Source: Monocercomonoides exilis PA203 (taxonomy: Eukaryota > Protista > Preaxostyla). Taken from it: 64,000 nt of DNA. The stretch covers positions 186,001-250,000 of the forward strand of contig LSRY02000030.1 of NCBI GenBank assembly GCA_001643675.2. The letters run 5' to 3'. Below, one piece after another: positions 61,621-64,000 of the stretch. How positions within the stretch are numbered: the stretch's first letter is position 1; each line of letters begins with the position of its first letter. Below the pieces are notes generated by a model that saw only the letters and a program-made list of their open reading frames with translations, had not been told where the DNA came from and ran no database searches. The translations under genes and the position numbers were made by a program.

Positions 61621-61950
61621 GAGATGATAAGAGGAAGCCGGTTGGAAAGGATGACAAAGTCGATGATATCTCACTCCCCAAGCTCACGAATCACGCTGGC
61701 AGATGTGAAAAAAGGGTTGTTTGAATTGTTTCCGTTGGAATCGAAAATGGTGACGATTTCTGATGCAATTGAGATTTATGGAACGAAAGAAGGGGAATAT
61801 GAATGTGGAGAAGCTGGAGATGGGAATGTGGAAGGGGACAAGCAAATACAGCAAAGACGCAGCACAGTCGCAGAAACAGAAACAGAAGAAGATCAATCAG
61901 CAGAAGCAAGATCAGAGGAAAAAGAGATCAGAGTTTCATTTTTCCAATAA
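52657..61950 (+). CDS. Giant type I membrane receptor (copy B, intact): beta-helix/PMP-like ectodomain, TM, degenerate TKL/tyrosine-kinase-like C-lobe
   Basis: 3097 aa ORF with signal-like N-terminus. Repeated FxxC..GGG(I/L/M) and CG...PCx(T/S)I modules. TM at ~60530-60603 followed by RWRK. Kinase subdomains VIII-XI are present (RWMAPE, FSIGMMLWECLTLEIPF, GERP, RITL); no GxGxxG, VAIK, HRD or DFG is seen. Confidence 0.92.
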   Translation: MLSGICYVNCIICVQCLCNGATNEETEMMEKSMIERKTDYLGNSLFESLQKDADGEKNKFELFIEGNEGEIEENEKQEKSKKNYQKMEDERNDQNGKVNSVKIVNNEHFFGKGEMKKIERIFEESEIEGCLILINSSVKLKSLDLIQHDERNVIKAEIGSFVELNDCDFVMGSEVSPLCLTGGCGLFTNISLSSSSTGFLKSFPSLFSSETLKEKFSEKCSVSVCSSHFSSFCVSSTPFLSSPSIPLVSLSKLTFFNISTAPGPCLPSTTTSTQTTCLMNSCSFTSVCDVYDGGIVPSINNPYASLTASNASFVGCCRTRNVECTGTSEGKLTPGRQNTTDNGANTFTWCEWNGSKATGKGETYADGTSNGGAIFMYGQSSATVSVSHCAFNGCVAYAFGGGIMCHSIKSVEVIDTQFNTCSSQSYYGGGIHVHTISSCVRISKCEFQNCQAVYNGGGLRLEKVNIEGSRCAEEYGGKGESTCVFDCIFSSCSVTYSYGGGMCCYDLSPLFKVRSVQFISCSAGSDGGGFHINPSRQNAPDDKTYCLFFFFQGCNCLSNRIYGRDISYADANSIFLYSGNPFFECFTTNTDEERVSYMFNQSSSDNWNFQYTEKKNWLNEWSKILFIGVNGNDSSGLCGMSESTACQTIGHAVVTGLEELGSSVTLMEGNHTSETTTIDIGTKKISVIGMGKEKSVIEMKFLSSSGTLFSVITGHLGLLHMKIDCNSAAETSPSVVVVSDGSGSLSLEDVVITRSKTADYVMSSSVFVVLLSQLSMVDVEIKDMNASEPLFSEPVLSSSLSSSALFLRATSSGDSVLANVKVKNVRLIEGDGVVVAKSVKAGETFVVKNMTIEDCECENGSGGGIKVELETDASKLQVETSTFKRCRSGKYGGGMMLHLADNSIDFLIVSVDFSGCSASFGGNYVFVNGSNSARWGISSSTLNVQHEDSKYNELVGYDRSDSTMGLFPLNVYLDRYPSAAHVGKGKNGLGGYDSWFCGFDYYPCATITHAAQMRYADTNKKIELDSGFELCEAVGMTDGCEWEISCATKGMEVGVKAPVNFESSCLIEVLSKCSIRNIKFCIPSALSGASSSSLITSNSTLLTLTDCSVVCSSENPIGYSFVNVVGGKVKVEGLVITETLRFGEHSLIEFGEGVESVVFCGCEVNNIEKRSGDGGWVSGVVGAERDEGKNGIIVIESCVVKGCRCVCGRGGGMCVVVKGEGSVVVNGSCVIDGCEAKGSGESSDGRSEGRGGGMMIAMEGRDGSLKIESGIQSLFGENNKAQYGKDVFVECGGGVLLESKVNGSSFSFFDSSVIPTDVLKLCGSENGREGEVIPLFVYLCSIGTKLRVDGRGERALDQSHCGFEEFGCLTIDYCVGKRASINVNEIEVVSESWIKNEMKVVSFEVHVSGKEEGMKVVVRDEGSINQNNLIECSKSFEMRYLAFVLNEEMNGRRNGFIYSSSSSSTITMTSCSVSFGNDEMIGFNVICIEGGGLVVDGFVMEGGVRMNEKSPIVVSNGAQLEIVNCRMSGVEVVGGIGGGGGGCLNVEMGVNGIVNIEGCNLSSVCSGGSGTKGGGMMISVGKGGSLEMKNVKFEGCEVPTEDIEDGGRGMGGGMFVKLADEMGTFVLEGMGFEGCNAWKGKNVFMSGWDLREIVSEEHLKWKIKEEELRSLDELCGWERKTTGEEGYVIPLVVYLWRNWSGDGFVSREKGGDFSGCGYSEAPCSSIDHLISLRYPTLGGGDTHIAIVGSGLLSHSISFSFSSSSFSSSISESPKVVIEGTKKGTSVEISDEDENDLSDGSMISSNMSLSFVNVSFTKPAITTHHSVLIESSGTNTLLSVSDCSFGPGRGAAESFGCCVMRVNGGSVLIERCSLSLISELKGLIAFRPSAGEVTVQNVNISFADVTERSLISMIEEENQMNGERKVFSNGNRTVLRVVGCSFANITNEGIGASVVDVGSYESGVECVMDECSMSSCKSGLSREGGGIKVVLKSGESVLKVNGSSFSICKCSSEAGCGGGLFIDGSDPHANYGNESQIPPLNFKVVNILFVMNEAHVGKDIFVRCHSIEHQINETLFALNYNQESLNSNNSICGRDVWSEGDVDLIPLITFYYSAQVFVSGRGSDGRGCGAQSCPCVSIDCGVEHIQEGVMNGILIDGEGFVRKECVIGDLIVNSLKKTQGIVRLNCKIEKSSEKDCVMEFVNECSVERCSFEFEDGFELTHNYLMKVKNGSMEMRNCEFFSSPTTAVEFMKLNSSIVSVESGELKIFDSTFRDIHSTRSVLSFHEESEVTIDETRILNIECEGDVVSVGGKVKVEMKEMKVENVTVISKGCVIGLEDAEQEFSVLNSSFGRCVNSVNKGRMMQIRNSKNVRIEICVFDGEKEIEVANEENNGKEGLCKWNGSLVDIESSDVEMRETTIRNSKGGGLWVSGGNVKIENGKFENNNPSIEGYPSARRNVICEGNGELNVVSVKGGDGWERNTSLWILDEGCELGGIATERGSSFFIPVLEEVKNISQPNGNVELMVHGKLLLPCDLSVKMSMKNGDEEEIVRKGVEEEGFVSENEIHTFISCSEWEKVREETEVSVWIVFGKGDSPSSTERFIVKNRSESAGKGDERIVEGGKEGKSSWAVFCLIFIVLFLIVLIGFILFVVRWRKAKNEAKDLREIVNDTVKKDPKAFEMVTMEMSPEEQWRRAEKEAEKKNEERMKKRVYDKTLEHSESSEHLLSESGSTEYILGRDSDKIPQWMLEKEEEDNETRKRTPSPSISSTSTTGSDSTFVRGEDLCPTTSSMSNLVDAMACSSPHEKLIVDLRDSLFMLLHGLNKTKEMAIGTLLEREQTAAQILFWVANLALHSFDEMENGLSSLSTLSPHIVLFSEHMVICIVIHSDLLSSDDSDSSSISSSTVVTSASDDDDDSLPSSAFEDESLFKKECPRWMAPELLVNKKMGATKESVAFSIGMMLWECLTLEIPFGEYEGEVAGQKIVNGERPGMEMIRGSRLERMTKSMISHSPSSRITLADVKKGLFELFPLESKMVTISDAIEIYGTKEGEYECGEAGDGNVEGDKQIQQRRSTVAETETEEDQSAEARSEEKEIRVSFFQ

Positions 61951-62599
61951 AAAGAGCAATCAACACACTCATTGACATTTAATGACGTTTCATTCGGTTG
62001 ATTGAACAATATCAACTCAGATATTTTCAACAGTCAGAGAAAATGGCAAAAGAATGGAAGGCTTCATTTGATAAAATACAATAAAGAAATGGGAATCAAA
62101 AATGGGAATTCAAATATTGTGAGTTGACTGCAAAAGAGTGAGTACGAGATTGTTAATGTTTGTTTTTCTGAGAGAATATTGTTCATCTGTTGCGTAATGT
62201 GCAGATCAGTATTTGAAAAGAATGTGCTTATGTTTTCTGTTTTCGGCCATATTTTGATTTCAATTTTTTTGTTTTTATTGAGTTTTATTTTTTTGTTATT
62301 CAGACCATTTTGTAATTCCTTTTAAAATATGTTTAGAAAAATTCATAATTGTGATTATTTGTTTTCACAAATTGTGAGCAACTGCTTCTCAACGAGAAAG
62401 CACAGCAAACAATGTTTCAGCTTTATTTTTTGACATTCTGAACAACCATTTCACTTATTTTAATTTTATTTTTTATTTCACTTATCATCACGGAAATGAA
62501 GATGAAGGAGAGAAACAATCATCAAAATCGATGAAATTTGTGATTTTATTATTTCATGAAAAGAAATTATTAAAAATGCAAGAAAAGAGATCAGAACAC

Positions 62600-64000
62600 T
62601 TGTGTTCTTTTCACTTTGTCAGTTGAAAACTTTTGTTGAAAAAGAAAGTTGAGAATCGATTCCTTTTTTTATCTGAGAGAATGAACTTATCGGATGATGA
62701 AACAATCATATCCACAACATAATGTGCTTTTCTTTCGGTTTTGCCTACAATCTCTCTCCTTGGCTGTAATTTCCATCTGAATATGAATAATTCTTCTTTC
62801 GTTATTCGTTTCCTCAACAGGATGATGTATTATTTTTCACTGGAAACCTCAATCATCGAAATGAATAACTCTTCCTTTAATCTTTGCAAGATCTGCTTTC
62901 AAAAAATGTCAAACTTCAGTGTTTATTCTTGTGGATAGGTGGGGAAATTTTTTTGTCTGTGTAGGCGGGATTCCAGATTCAGTTGATGTTGAGATTGTTA
63001 TGGTTTTCACAGAATAAGGAGCGAACTGGCCTTGAATTCTTGCTTTTATTCTATATCTTTTTAACCAATATTTATACTTCTTCAACAGTTTGTTGCTGTT
63101 TGGTTTTAATTTCAATAAACTTCTTTTTTCACTCCAATCTTCTTCTCTGAGTTTCTTTTTGTGCAGCATGAATAACTGTTGCTGTGCAAATCAAGAGACT
63201 TTTTCAAATCCTGCCCAGCAATCTCTGTTTGGGTTTGTGCTGTCTTTTTCATCGAATCAAAGAATAAGCCCTTTTGTTTGAAATAGTGACCTTTCTATAT
63301 CCGCTCTTTCCAACTCGGTTTATCTGCACTCCGTGAATAAAATAGAATGAACAATGGATTTCTTTGTCAGAGGATTGATGCTCAAATTCTCGTTCTCACA
63401 CAGACCGAAAAAGGATTTCAAAATGGTTCTTTGTTACCAAAATTCTTCGACTCTCTTCTTTTTCTCCGTCTCCGTTCAATAAATGATACAATTGAGTATC
63501 TTAATAATTCTTATATCTTCAAAGGCAATATTAAAAACAACACATATGAGAAACGATTCCACCGAGAGAGCAATCTGCAAGAATTATAACTTCATTCCCA
63601 AATCCCAAATGATAATAACATAACTCAAGCATCAAGTGGCTCAATAGTGAAAGTCTTATGGAATAATTCTCTTCTTGCTCCTGTTTCACTGGCTGTCAAA
63701 GTGTGCAAAAACGAATAAATATCCATCCAGAGTTAACTGAGCAGTTCTCGGCTTGCATTCCTCTTCCAAATGAAATGGGAACGATTTTTATTTTTCGTCC
63801 CTTCTCCATTTCATGTTTCCATTCTCAAGAACAGATTGATAAAGATGATCTTCAATCTGCCAGGTGAGATGCATGTCGATTTATTTCTCATTAACAAACC
63901 ACTTATCATTACTATTCTTTAATTCTTCCATTTGAACAATGATGTGGTATTTCTCCAGTCGGTCATCACAACTCCGTATTTTCCTATTCTGCAAGACTAA
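62600..64000 (-). pseudogene. Heavily decayed coding-like remnant of unknown origin (runs off the window)
   Basis: Minus-strand frames give protein-like pieces broken by stops and frameshifts (PRTAQLTLDGYLFVLHTLT.., EELFIFRWKLQPRREIVGKTERKAHYVVDMI..). No diagnostic motif. Confidence 0.3.

Noticed and set aside
63640-63760. LDGYLFVLH as a FLYWCH/Mutator transposase motif
   Set aside because: The following W-x-C and any DDE domain or TIRs are not recognisable; too degraded to call.

Overview
AT-rich eukaryotic genomic DNA using the standard code, with few introns and many Ser/Glu/Lys low-complexity tracts. The composition and gene families suggest an oxymonad such as Monocercomonoides (inference). 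Two ~10 kb inverted paralogous arms (~9.65-19.9 kb and ~51.35-61.6 kb) each carry a ~3,100 aa single-pass receptor: GGx(I/L/M)/Cys beta-helix-like ectodomain, TM, and a degenerate TKL-type kinase C-lobe. The right copy is intact; the left copy has two 1-bp frameshifts. The copies are a patchwork of identical and highly diverged blocks, including a hypervariable N-terminal repeat cassette. The ~31 kb between the arms holds: a compact, highly structured ncRNA candidate (~20.48-20.71 kb); a decayed ~5.3 kb DIRS1-type tyrosine-recombinase retrotransposon with imperfect ITRs; a frameshifted Kelch/Cys-rich multi-TM gene with one intron; a JHY-like ciliary protein gene; two large low-complexity genes; and two truncated beta-helix pseudogenes fused back to back. 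The window opens inside a SENP6/7 (Ulp2)-like SUMO protease whose catalytic domain appears split by a >1,100 aa insertion. All calls come from manual motif and pairing inspection; no searches were run.
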